Part shown: positions 42,370-50,925 of the stretch, in pieces
Numbering within the stretch: the first letter of the stretch is position 1
Layout of the letters: each line of letters begins with the position of its first letter
DNA from: Nanobdellota archaeon
Lineage (GTDB): Archaea; Nanobdellota; Nanobdellia; Woesearchaeales; SM23-78
Length of the DNA stretch: 56,661 nucleotides
Assembly (NCBI GenBank): GCA_038046485.1
Contig: JBBSWA010000002.1
Location: forward strand, 1-56,661
Direction of reading: 5' to 3'
Notes under the pieces: generated by a model
The model's input: the letters and a program-made list of their open reading frames with translations, nothing else
Told to the model about the DNA's origin: nothing
The model's database searches: none
Translations under genes and position numbers: made by a program

Positions 42370-42924
42370 TTATTTTCCCTTCTTTATAGCCTTCATCCAG
42401 TTTGCCGGTACGTTTTCAACCTGGATCATTCCATCGAGCGGATCGTCCAAGTCCCATAGGGTAAGGGTGGTAATGGTAACAAGGAAGCTGGTTCCAAAAA
42501 CAAGGACAAAGGCAAGGACAATGTTAGTATAATAAAAAAGGTAGAAAGCAGTAATGGCCATAATTCCGGTGATGGCATGGGTGATGCGCACGCTGAACGC
42601 AATCATTTTAGGGGCTTCGGCCTTGAATTTTTCAAAGTTCTTGCTTCGTACAGCAGAATCGGTTTTCTTCCATTCTTCGTCCGCTCTCATTAAGAGGAAG
42701 GCGCTGAAGAATAGCCAACCGACAAACATGTTGAGGGCGTAGGTATTGATGAGGCTTTCGTGGCTTTTGAATTCGATAGGGGTTTGGGGATGGATGATAT
42801 ACCATAAGAGTAAGAACGACAAAAGGCCAAAGAGGATGGGGTATAGGAAGAAGGTGAAGTAATTGTTGGGGAGTTTCATAAAGGGAAGGGACAATTTCGA
42901 GTTTATATAGTCTTTCCTTATCAA
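42370..42924 (-). CDS. integral membrane protein (hypothetical)
   Basis: 184-aa ORF with 4 hydrophobic helices. Confidence 0.5.
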   Translation of the reverse strand: MIRKDYINSKLSLPFMKLPNNYFTFFLYPILFGLLSFLLLWYIIHPQTPIEFKSHESLINTYALNMFVGWLFFSAFLLMRADEEWKKTDSAVRSKNFEKFKAEAPKMIAFSVRITHAITGIMAITAFYLFYYTNIVLAFVLVFGTSFLVTITTLTLWDLDDPLDGMIQVENVPANWMKAIKKGK

Positions 42925-42937
42925 ACAGGGTTTTTTT

Positions 42938-42950
42938 CCATTCTAGAATA
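42938..42950 (+). promoter_or_regulatory. CCATTCTAGAATA motif, site 1 (upstream of gap)
   Basis: Exact 13-mer containing the 10-bp palindrome ATTCTAGAAT. It lies 10 nt upstream of the TTTTTAAAGA TATA box; the gap ATG is at 42991. Confidence 0.6.
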
Positions 42951-42990
42951 GTAATAAACGTTTTTAAAGAAGGTTAGGAAGAAAAGAGAA

Positions 42991-43986
42991 ATGGTTCGTA
43001 TTGCAATCAATGGCTTTGGCCGTATCGGGCGAATGGTGTACCGTGTTGCCTTGGAGCAAAAGGCTCCCATTGAGCTTGTTGCGATCAATGACTTAACAGA
43101 TACCAAGACCTTAGCGCACTTATTCAAGTATGATTCGGTGCATGGGAAGTTAAAGGATCTAGAAGTTTCTTGTACACCGGATAGCTTGATTATTGGGGGT
43201 AAGACGGTAAAGGTTACAGCTGAAAAAGACCCTGAAAAATTGCCTTGGAAGGCGTTAGGTGTGGATGTAGTCGTGGAGTGTACTGGGCGGTTTACGGATC
43301 GAGAAGGTGCTTCAAAGCATCTAAAGGCAGGGGCAAAGAAAGTGCTCATCAGTGCTCCAGCAAAAGATCCAGATTTTGCGATTCTAAAAGGGGTGAATGA
43401 GCACCTTTATGATAAAGCAAAGCATCACATCATTAGTAATGAGTCCTGTACAACAAATTGTTTTGCTCCGATTGTAAAAGTGGTTCATGATAATTTTAAG
43501 GTGCGCCGGGGTTACATGGTAACTGCGCATGCTTATACAGCGGATCAAGTCATCCACGATACTCCTCATAAAGATCTGCGTCGGGCTCGTGCAGCAAATG
43601 TCTCCATTGTTCCAACGACCAGCGGTTCAGACATCGCAACCGGTGAAGTCATCCCTGAGTTACATGGTAAGTTGCATACAATGGCCATGCGTGTTCCGGT
43701 AATTGATGGCAGTGTCATCTACTTTATTGCAGAGGTAGAGAAGCAAACAACGCGGGATGAGGTCAATGCCTTGTTCAAGAATGTAGCTCAATATAATCTA
43801 AAGGGGATCATTCAGTATTGTGAAGACCCTATTGTAAGTGTAGATATCATTGGAAACCCTCATTCGTCCATCTTTGACTCTTTACTTACGGAAGTCGATG
43901 GAGACCTGATTAAGATTGTGGCCTGGTACGACAATGAATGGGGTTATTCAAGCCGAATGGTCGATGTCTTACAGTTGTTAGTGTAG
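42991..43986 (+). CDS. gap: glyceraldehyde-3-phosphate dehydrogenase, class I (bacterial/eukaryotic type)
   Basis: INGFGRIGR NAD motif and the catalytic SNESCTTNC. 331 aa. Confidence 0.95.
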   Translation: MVRIAINGFGRIGRMVYRVALEQKAPIELVAINDLTDTKTLAHLFKYDSVHGKLKDLEVSCTPDSLIIGGKTVKVTAEKDPEKLPWKALGVDVVVECTGRFTDREGASKHLKAGAKKVLISAPAKDPDFAILKGVNEHLYDKAKHHIISNESCTTNCFAPIVKVVHDNFKVRRGYMVTAHAYTADQVIHDTPHKDLRRARAANVSIVPTTSGSDIATGEVIPELHGKLHTMAMRVPVIDGSVIYFIAEVEKQTTRDEVNALFKNVAQYNLKGIIQYCEDPIVSVDIIGNPHSSIFDSLLTEVDGDLIKIVAWYDNEWGYSSRMVDVLQLLV

Positions 43987-44034
43987 TTTAGCCTAGTACG
44001 ATACCTTTTTATACAATCAATTCTAAGAGTTAAC

Positions 44035-45210
44035 ATGCGTACCATCGAGGGGGTAAACATTGAGGGAAAGCGGGTGCTCGTTCGCTGCGGTTTCGACATT
44101 CCAATGGATGAGCAAGGGAACATTCTAGATGATAAGCGCATCAAAGAATCATTGCCAACCATCCAATACTTATCCAGTAAGAAGGCAAGAATTATTTTGA
44201 TGGGGCATAATGGTCGTCCAAAAGGAAAAGTGATTTCCAATTTAAGCATGGACCCTATAGCAAAAAGGTTAAGTTCACTTTTGCAGCGTCCCGTTTTAAA
44301 GCTGAATGATTGTGTTGGATCTCAAGTGGAGTCCAAGGTGCGGCAAATGGCTCCAGGGGATATCATCTTGTTGGAGAATCTTCGTTTTCATGCCGAGGAG
44401 CAGAATAGCGATTTAAGCTTTGCACGGCAGCTCGCAAGCCTAGCCGATCTCTTTGTACAGGATGCATACAACAATGCGCACCATAGCGATGTAAGCATGG
44501 TCTTGATTCCAAAATTTATTCCTTCGTATGCCGGTCTAAGTCTAGCCAAAGAGTTGAAGTACATGCAACAATTAACCCTGAATCCAAATCGCCCATACCT
44601 CGCAATCATTGGTGGTGCGAAAGGAGAGAAGTTGCCGGTCATCAAAAACCTATTGAACAAAGTAGATAAAATAATCATTGGCGGGGTCATAGCCAATACC
44701 CTACTCAAAGCAAAAGGAGTGGATATTGCAAAGTCTAAGTTCGATCCAGAAACATTAGAAGTCGCAAAGGAGTTCATGGACAATGAAAAAATCCTTTTGC
44801 CAGTCGATGTTTTAGTGGGGGATAAGTGGGATGTCAATACAGAAGCGCAGGTTGCGGATTTGAACACCATCCCTAAGAGTTCCATGATCTTAGATATCGG
44901 GCCTCAAACCATCGTAGAATACAAGGCGTTGTTGCAAACGGCAAAGACAATAGTGTGGTGTGGTCCAATTGGAGCATTTGAGCTACCTGAGTTCAGGGCA
45001 GGAACCAAAGCCCTCGCGGAATGTCTCGCCTCTCTAAAAGCAACCACCATCATCGGTGGTGGAGACAGTGCCGATGCCATCGATCAGTTTGGCCTTGCCG
45101 ATAAGATGACCCATGTCAGCGTTGGAGGCGGTGCCACCTTAGCTGTTCTAGAAGGAAAAGAACTTCCAGCCATAAAGGCCTTGGAAGAGAGTGAGAAGGT
45201 GTTTGGTTAA
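44035..45210 (+). CDS. pgk: phosphoglycerate kinase
   Basis: RCGFDIPMD N-terminal motif, HNGRPKG, and C-terminal GGGDSA...VSVGGGA. Confidence 0.95.
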   Translation: MRTIEGVNIEGKRVLVRCGFDIPMDEQGNILDDKRIKESLPTIQYLSSKKARIILMGHNGRPKGKVISNLSMDPIAKRLSSLLQRPVLKLNDCVGSQVESKVRQMAPGDIILLENLRFHAEEQNSDLSFARQLASLADLFVQDAYNNAHHSDVSMVLIPKFIPSYAGLSLAKELKYMQQLTLNPNRPYLAIIGGAKGEKLPVIKNLLNKVDKIIIGGVIANTLLKAKGVDIAKSKFDPETLEVAKEFMDNEKILLPVDVLVGDKWDVNTEAQVADLNTIPKSSMILDIGPQTIVEYKALLQTAKTIVWCGPIGAFELPEFRAGTKALAECLASLKATTIIGGGDSADAIDQFGLADKMTHVSVGGGATLAVLEGKELPAIKALEESEKVFG

Positions 45211-45247
45211 ATAACAAAGCTTCATCAAAAAATAAAAAGTCGGAAAA

Positions 45248-45664
45248 CTACAAGGGTTTAGTTCCCAGGTATTCAAAAAACCGTAATAAATATCCATCTG
45301 GGTCTTGCACCAAAAATTGCTTGTGTCCAACTTGAACATCGTTCTCTCTATACCATTTTTCTTCAGGTTCTAAGAAAAGTGTAACACCTTTTTTTCTCAA
45401 TTTTTGAAGTAAGGGTTCAATACTTTTAACTTCGATTTGAAAGTTAATCCCTCGGCCAAGTGGATATTCAAACTCTCCTGTTTTCCATGTGCGGCCTTTG
45501 CCAACCTGGTCAATCATAATTTGAGCTTTTCCAAGAGAAAGAAATGCAAATCCCTCATCAAGTCTTTGATATTCAATGGAAAACCCAAGTATCTTAGTAT
45601 AAAAGGCTATAGTCTTTCCAAAGTTTGTAATACTAAGTTCTGGAACCAAAGGGTTGGACTTCAT
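45248..45664 (-). CDS. VOC/glyoxalase-bleomycin resistance family protein
   Basis: 138 aa with a paired beta-alpha-beta-beta-beta module pattern (FYTKILGF..., DPDGYLLRFFE). Confidence 0.7.
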   Translation of the reverse strand: MKSNPLVPELSITNFGKTIAFYTKILGFSIEYQRLDEGFAFLSLGKAQIMIDQVGKGRTWKTGEFEYPLGRGINFQIEVKSIEPLLQKLRKKGVTLFLEPEEKWYRENDVQVGHKQFLVQDPDGYLLRFFEYLGTKPL

Positions 45665-45706
45665 AAGGTATGAGATACGGTCGAGAGTATATAAATATAC
45701 ACGCTA

Positions 45707-46177
45707 TCAACCCCACAAGCCTTTAACAGGTTCATAAGGAGTCGGATAAAGTTTTTTAATAGTATATTTTTCTATTTTTGGAAAAATCCAACTCTTTTTT
45801 TGCTGTATATATTGAATTAAAATAACGGTTGTAGTGGGCATCCCAAATTCCCAAATAAGATGTCTACAGGTGCCACAAGGGGGCGTACTCTTTTTTTGTA
45901 TTCTTGGAACAGGGTCTGCAATGACAACGGAGGTTATCCTTGATTTATAAGATTCTTTCAAGACCATATTGGTTATAGCGTGTCTTTCTCCGCAAACCGT
46001 AGCATGGTTAATATTGGGTTCAAAACAAGCGCCGTCATAGACCTTTCCACTATCTGACATGATAAAGGCATATAATGTATCGATGCCCCCATTGGCTTTA
46101 CGTATCTTATTATAAGTGACGATTGACCTTTCTGCATGTTCAATTAATCTTTTTTCACTCAAAGTAAATTTTGTCAT
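45707..46177 (-). CDS. cdd: cytidine/deoxycytidylate deaminase-family protein
   Basis: Zinc motifs CGERHAI (C/HAE-type) and PCGTCRH. Confidence 0.75.
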   Translation of the reverse strand: MTKFTLSEKRLIEHAERSIVTYNKIRKANGGIDTLYAFIMSDSGKVYDGACFEPNINHATVCGERHAITNMVLKESYKSRITSVVIADPVPRIQKKSTPPCGTCRHLIWEFGMPTTTVILIQYIQQKKSWIFPKIEKYTIKKLYPTPYEPVKGLWG

Positions 46178-46222
46178 GGATTAAGCATATTTTAGAGAGA
46201 TTATTAATGTTTCTATTCTTCT

Positions 46223-46498
46223 TTAGGTAAACCCCCCTAATCCAACAACCACCTTGTAAATAAAGTAAGCAATCGCTATATAAGTTAGAAAGCCATGAAC
46301 GCCCATGAGCATGAGGAGCATGTAGATCCCAACAGCCACGTCAAACAAGTTCATGAGGCTGCCTTGCCAGATAAGAGCTTTAAGCCATAAGTAACCGACG
46401 CAATACAGAACCCAGTGGGTAGGAAAAGTAGAGAATTGCAGGAATAAAAGGGCGATGGCGCACCAGACATCCAAAAGCATCAATACAAATCCAAGCAT
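46223..46498 (-). CDS. small membrane protein
   Basis: 91-aa ORF with three hydrophobic helices. Confidence 0.5.
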   Translation of the reverse strand: MLGFVLMLLDVWCAIALLFLQFSTFPTHWVLYCVGYLWLKALIWQGSLMNLFDVAVGIYMLLMLMGVHGFLTYIAIAYFIYKVVVGLGGFT

Positions 46499-46508
46499 CG
46501 TACCTCAT

Positions 46509-47054
46509 CTAGGCTCTACTATCCCAGTACTTCTCAATAATTCCATCTTGTTGGTTCTGGTAGCGGCCCATGATAAAAAGGGTGTCGGAGAGGCGGTTTA
46601 AATACTTAAGGGGCAAGAGACTTACTCTTCCTTCGCTCATGAGCGCAGTAAGGCTGCGCTCGGCTCTTCGGCAGACCGTCCGAGCCAATTGGAGCTGCGC
46701 AGCAGGCAAGCTCCCTCCAGGTAAGATAAAGTTTTCAAGTACAGGAAGTGCAGGAAGTAAATGTACTTCGACTTCTTCAAGGGCATCGATATGTCTTGGT
46801 TCAATTGTGGGGCCTTCATTAGGCTTGGCTAGTTCACTTCCTAGATGGAAGAGGGTGTTTTGAATCTCTTGCAGTGATCTAGAAATTTCAGGGCAAGGTT
46901 TTAGAGAAAGAACCACCCCCAGTATAGAGTTGAGTTCATCCACTTGTCCAATAGATTCAATACGAAGAGAATCCTTTTTGATTTTTTCCCCATTACCTAG
47001 GCTGGTTTCTCCAGTATCTCCTGTGCGGGTTGTGACAAGGGTGATAGGGGGCAT
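46509..47054 (-). CDS. pduO: ATP:cob(I)alamin adenosyltransferase, PduO type
   Basis: TRTGDTGETSL N-terminal signature. The track ORF extends to 47156, overlapping nrdJ. ATG 47054 sits 1 nt after the nrdJ stop. Confidence 0.8.
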   Translation of the reverse strand: MPPITLVTTRTGDTGETSLGNGEKIKKDSLRIESIGQVDELNSILGVVLSLKPCPEISRSLQEIQNTLFHLGSELAKPNEGPTIEPRHIDALEEVEVHLLPALPVLENFILPGGSLPAAQLQLARTVCRRAERSLTALMSEGRVSLLPLKYLNRLSDTLFIMGRYQNQQDGIIEKYWDSRA

Positions 47055-47055
47055 G

Positions 47056-49638
47056 TTAGCTGCATTCACTGTGCCCGCAGTCAAAGCATGTTGGGCCACT
47101 GCATCCGCTAAGCATCTCAACATTGTTGCTGTAGCATTTTGGGCAGTAGAGGGCAACGTGAACCTCGTTCAAGTCAGCACCATCCAACTTTTGCAGTTCC
47201 TTTTGCTGTTTTATCGGTGCAGTTAAAACTTGTTGTCCTTGGCTATCTTTGAGTTTTCCCGTCTTGATTAAATGGTCTCGCAAGGCTTTGGATAGGGCAT
47301 GTGGGATGCTATCAATGCGTTTCTGTCCAAATCCGTAGGGTTTATCGCCTTTGATGCTATTAAGGTGTTTAAGGATGATGGCAGGGTCTCCACCAAGGCC
47401 TAGATACTTACTAACTAAGATGCTAAGCGCAGTGGTCAAACCACTGATCTCAGTTCCCGTAGGAGAAATATTGGCAAAGATCTTAGTGGGTCCAAACTCA
47501 TCGTAGTTGATGTGTACATGTAAAGGTCCATATCCAGTTGGAATCTCGTAGTACATGCTACTTTCTCCCATGCTGGTGTTTCTTCGTTCATGTCTAATTT
47601 CTTGGACACCTTTAACTTCCTTGGATTCTTCGCTTTTTTTCTCTTGAAGGTTGAGTACTTGAACGCTCTTGCTACCATCACGATATACTGTAACACCTTT
47701 GCAGCCAAGGCTATACGAAAGATTGTAGACTTCTTCCACGTCTTTAGCGAGGGCTTCGTTTCTCATGTTGACGGTTTTTGAAACAGCGTTGTCTGTGTAT
47801 TTTTGGAAGGCTGCTTGAATACGTACATGATCCAATGGGCTTAGGTCGTGGCTGGTTTGGAATAGCTGTTGGATAGATTCAGGGATCTCAGGTATGCCCA
47901 TGACGGCTTTGTGGTTGGCTTCAATCTTGTTCCAAAGGTTTACAGGTTCAACACCAAAGTAGTTGTGTTCTTCCGCTATTTTTTTAAAGTAGGGGTTAAT
48001 CTCATAGAACGTATCTTTTTCTTTAGGTTTTGTCCCTGCTTTTAAGGCGTCAACACCTGCGGCATTGTACCGTACATAAACAATGGCAAAGAAGGGCTCA
48101 ATGCCGCTTCCTTGTAATCCTGCGGTAATGGCAATGGTTCCAGTAGGGGCAATGGTGGTTCGGGCGCAATTGCGGGGTTTGTATTCTTCACTTCGGAAGT
48201 ACTTTCCATTTTTATCAAAGATGCTGTTTTTGAAATTAGGGAAGATGCCGCGGTCTTTCGCAAGCCACTCGGAGGCTTCCATGGCTGAATCATTTACGAA
48301 CTTCATGGCTTGTTCTGCTTTTTCCAGAGCTTGAGGCGAGTTGTAGGGGAGCCTCATTTGTACCAGGCTTTCCGCCCATCCCATAACACCTAGGCCAATG
48401 CGTCGGTTTCCTTTGCTGATTTCTTCGATTTCAGGTAAGGGGTAATTGTTGACGGTGATGACATTGTCTAGGAAGTGAACGCTGGTAAAGACGCATTCCT
48501 TTAGTTTTTCCCAGTCAAAGTCTCTTTTTTGTTCATCAATAAACTTAGATAAATTAATACTGCCCAAGTTGCAGGGCTCAAACGGAAGCAAGGGCTGTTC
48601 GCCGCAAGGGTTGGTGCTTTCAATCATGCCTAAGTGAGGTGTTGCATTGGCGTTTGAGTTGTTGATGCGGTCAATGAAGATGATTCCAGGGTCTCCAGTT
48701 TCCCAAGCGCCTTGAACCATTTTATTAAAGACGTCTTTTGCGTTTAATTTACCGGTTACTTGGTTTGTGTGGGGATTGATGAGGTCATACTCAGCATTGT
48801 TTTTGATGGCACCCATGAACGTATCATCCACGGTAACAGAGATGTTAAAATTTTCAAGTACGCCTGGTTTTTTCTTGGCATCAATGAACTTAAGAATGTC
48901 CGGATGGTCATATCGCATGATGCCCATGTTGGCTCCTCTTCGAGTGCCTCCTTGGCGAACAACATAGGTGCTCACATCAAACAGGTTCATAAAGGATAGG
49001 GGTCCAGAGGCAACGCCGTGCGTCGAGAGGACGTCATCGTTTTCAGGGCGTAGGCTGCTAAAGCTAAATCCAGTTCCTCCGCCACTTTTATGGATAATAG
49101 CCATGTTTTTGACTGCACTGTAGATCCCTTCGATGCTGTCAGGTACAGGGAGTACATAGCATGCGCTGAGTTGCTGCAGCTCTCGGCCTGCATTCATAAG
49201 CGTGGGTGAATTGGGTAAGAATTCCCAATTAGAGAGGAGCTGATAAAACTTAGCTTCAGTTTTGGCAACGCGTGCAGCGCCAGGTGTGTCTTGATCGGCA
49301 AGGGCATAAAGGTTGCTCATGAATTTTTTAAAGTTCATCTGACGTTGTTTGTAATCAAGAACACCATGGTGAAGGAGCACCAGTTCAGAAGTCTGGCCAG
49401 GAGCGGTTTCAATTTTTTGTACCTTATGCTGGACATCTTTAAAGACGTGGATACGGTCTACGCTTGTTTCATAAAGAAGTTCGCCAAGGGCTATATTTTT
49501 GCAGATAAGACGTAGCCAAGCTTCGACAGAGGGGGAGTTCTTTAGGTATTTGTCACGGATGACCTTTTCTTGATTTTCAGTTACGGGTACTTTTTGAGTG
49601 TATAATCCTTCACTTTCAGAAATACTTAAGGTTTTCAT
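47056..49638 (-). CDS. nrdJ: adenosylcobalamin-dependent (class II) ribonucleotide reductase
   Basis: 860 aa. Active-site TNPCGEQPLLPFEPCNLGSINL and a C-terminal Cys-rich tail (CPKC...CFDCGHSEC). Followed by a B12 adenosyltransferase gene. Confidence 0.9.
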   Translation of the reverse strand: MKTLSISESEGLYTQKVPVTENQEKVIRDKYLKNSPSVEAWLRLICKNIALGELLYETSVDRIHVFKDVQHKVQKIETAPGQTSELVLLHHGVLDYKQRQMNFKKFMSNLYALADQDTPGAARVAKTEAKFYQLLSNWEFLPNSPTLMNAGRELQQLSACYVLPVPDSIEGIYSAVKNMAIIHKSGGGTGFSFSSLRPENDDVLSTHGVASGPLSFMNLFDVSTYVVRQGGTRRGANMGIMRYDHPDILKFIDAKKKPGVLENFNISVTVDDTFMGAIKNNAEYDLINPHTNQVTGKLNAKDVFNKMVQGAWETGDPGIIFIDRINNSNANATPHLGMIESTNPCGEQPLLPFEPCNLGSINLSKFIDEQKRDFDWEKLKECVFTSVHFLDNVITVNNYPLPEIEEISKGNRRIGLGVMGWAESLVQMRLPYNSPQALEKAEQAMKFVNDSAMEASEWLAKDRGIFPNFKNSIFDKNGKYFRSEEYKPRNCARTTIAPTGTIAITAGLQGSGIEPFFAIVYVRYNAAGVDALKAGTKPKEKDTFYEINPYFKKIAEEHNYFGVEPVNLWNKIEANHKAVMGIPEIPESIQQLFQTSHDLSPLDHVRIQAAFQKYTDNAVSKTVNMRNEALAKDVEEVYNLSYSLGCKGVTVYRDGSKSVQVLNLQEKKSEESKEVKGVQEIRHERRNTSMGESSMYYEIPTGYGPLHVHINYDEFGPTKIFANISPTGTEISGLTTALSILVSKYLGLGGDPAIILKHLNSIKGDKPYGFGQKRIDSIPHALSKALRDHLIKTGKLKDSQGQQVLTAPIKQQKELQKLDGADLNEVHVALYCPKCYSNNVEMLSGCSGPTCFDCGHSECS

Positions 49639-50126
49639 GAGCGTTCCCTCCTTCTCTTACCATTTTTTTGACCACTATTTTTTTTGACCATGAGACTTTT
49701 AAGTTCGTTTTGGAACGAGCTTAAATCAGTAAACTCTCGATATACACTGGCAAATCGCACATAAGCGACTTGATCAAGGCGTTTAAGGCTTTTCATGACC
49801 TCTTCGCCGATGTCATGGCTGCTGATTTCGCTTTTGCCCTTGTTGCGCAGTTTGGTTTCGATTTCATCTACAGCCTGTTCAATGCGTTCTTGGCTAATGG
49901 GTCTTTTCTCACAGGCTTTAACAAAACCATTTTTGACTTTAGTTCGGTCGAACGCCGTTCGACTCCCATTTTTTTTGATAACCATCAGGTTCAATTCAAC
50001 GCGTTCGTACGTGGTGAATCGTTTTTCGCACCGTAGGCACTCACGCCTTCGCCGTGTAACCTCTTCATCGGCCTCACGCGTTTCAGTAACTTTGGTATCG
50101 GGGTTTGCACAAAAGGGACACTGCAT
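49635..50126 (-). CDS. nrdR: transcriptional repressor NrdR
   Basis: MQCPFCANPDTKVTETR...CLRCEKRFTTYE zinc ribbon plus an ATP-cone. ATGA overlap with nrdJ. Confidence 0.9.
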   Translation of the reverse strand: MQCPFCANPDTKVTETREADEEVTRRRRECLRCEKRFTTYERVELNLMVIKKNGSRTAFDRTKVKNGFVKACEKRPISQERIEQAVDEIETKLRNKGKSEISSHDIGEEVMKSLKRLDQVAYVRFASVYREFTDLSSFQNELKSLMVKKNSGQKNGKRRRERS

Positions 50127-50149
50127 TCAAAATCCTCCAAAGGCGCTGT

Positions 50150-50165
50150 ACACTACATATGGTGT
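50150..50165. promoter_or_regulatory. NrdR box 1 (ACACTACATATGGTGT)
   Basis: Matches 14 of 16 positions of the published NrdR-box consensus acaCwAtATaTwGtgt. It lies 24 nt upstream of the nrdR ATG. Confidence 0.7.
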
Positions 50166-50181
50166 TTATTGTGGCCTATCG

Positions 50182-50197
50182 ACGCAACAAGTAGTGT
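50182..50197. promoter_or_regulatory. NrdR box 2 (ACGCAACAAGTAGTGT), weaker
   Basis: Matches 12 of 16 positions. Its start is 32 bp from box 1, the usual tandem spacing of about three helical turns. Confidence 0.5.
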
Positions 50198-50315
50198 CCG
50201 GACCTTTTTCTTTAAATGGTTTGTGGTTGTGTAAAATATAGGTTTTGGGAAGGGATGAGGATGTCATATGGTGGGCAATCTACTTTTTGTGAGAGCTAAG
50301 TGATAAATTGCTGGG

Positions 50316-50328
50316 CCATTCTAGAATA
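50316..50328 (+). promoter_or_regulatory. CCATTCTAGAATA motif, site 2
   Basis: Exact 13-mer ~22 nt upstream of the GCTTATATATC TATA box of gene 50380..50871. Confidence 0.6.
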
Positions 50329-50379
50329 CCACTGGACCGGTAGCCATAAAGCTTATATATCTCTAAATGTTCTGAATCG

Positions 50380-50871
50380 ATGCGTATGAAACGACTCGTA
50401 AATGTTTCGCAAGAGGTGGGCAATTTAGGCGACCAGTTAGAAATTCTATCTGAATTGGTGATAACTCAGCCGGTTAAAGCATTGAAGCGGCTCTCTACAT
50501 TCACAGAGCTTCTACTCCCAAAGTATAAAAGAAAATTCAAGGATGGCTTGCTCGATGAACAAGAAAAAGCCTTGTTACAAGAAGAGTGGGAAGAAGAGCG
50601 CATCATCGTCGAGGATCTAGAAGAGCATCTGCGCCTAATCTTAGAAGACATCGATGTGGAGTTCAATAACAACCGAAATCTGATGAAGAACATTTTGATG
50701 GCTTATCATAAAGAAGCTAAGTATAATTTCGGGAATCGCATCGTGCAACTCTCAGATCTGATCGCAGGAAGCTTTCAAAGCGGTTTAAGCAAGGAACACA
50801 TCCGTACCGTTCTAGAGTTTGTCAACTTCGAACTGCATAAAACAAGCCAAGTCATCGGGAATGATTACTAG
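50380..50871 (+). CDS. hypothetical helical protein
   Basis: 163-aa ORF. No family recognised. Confidence 0.5.
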   Translation: MRMKRLVNVSQEVGNLGDQLEILSELVITQPVKALKRLSTFTELLLPKYKRKFKDGLLDEQEKALLQEEWEEERIIVEDLEEHLRLILEDIDVEFNNNRNLMKNILMAYHKEAKYNFGNRIVQLSDLIAGSFQSGLSKEHIRTVLEFVNFELHKTSQVIGNDY

Positions 50872-50875
50872 GTTA

Positions 50876-50888
50876 CCATTCTAGAATA
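50876..50888 (+). promoter_or_regulatory. CCATTCTAGAATA motif, site 3
   Basis: Exact 13-mer ~5 nt upstream of the CATATTTATAGG TATA box of gene 50926..52722. Confidence 0.6.
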
Positions 50889-50925
50889 AAAACATATTTA
50901 TAGGGGGTATAGAATTCTTTAGTTC

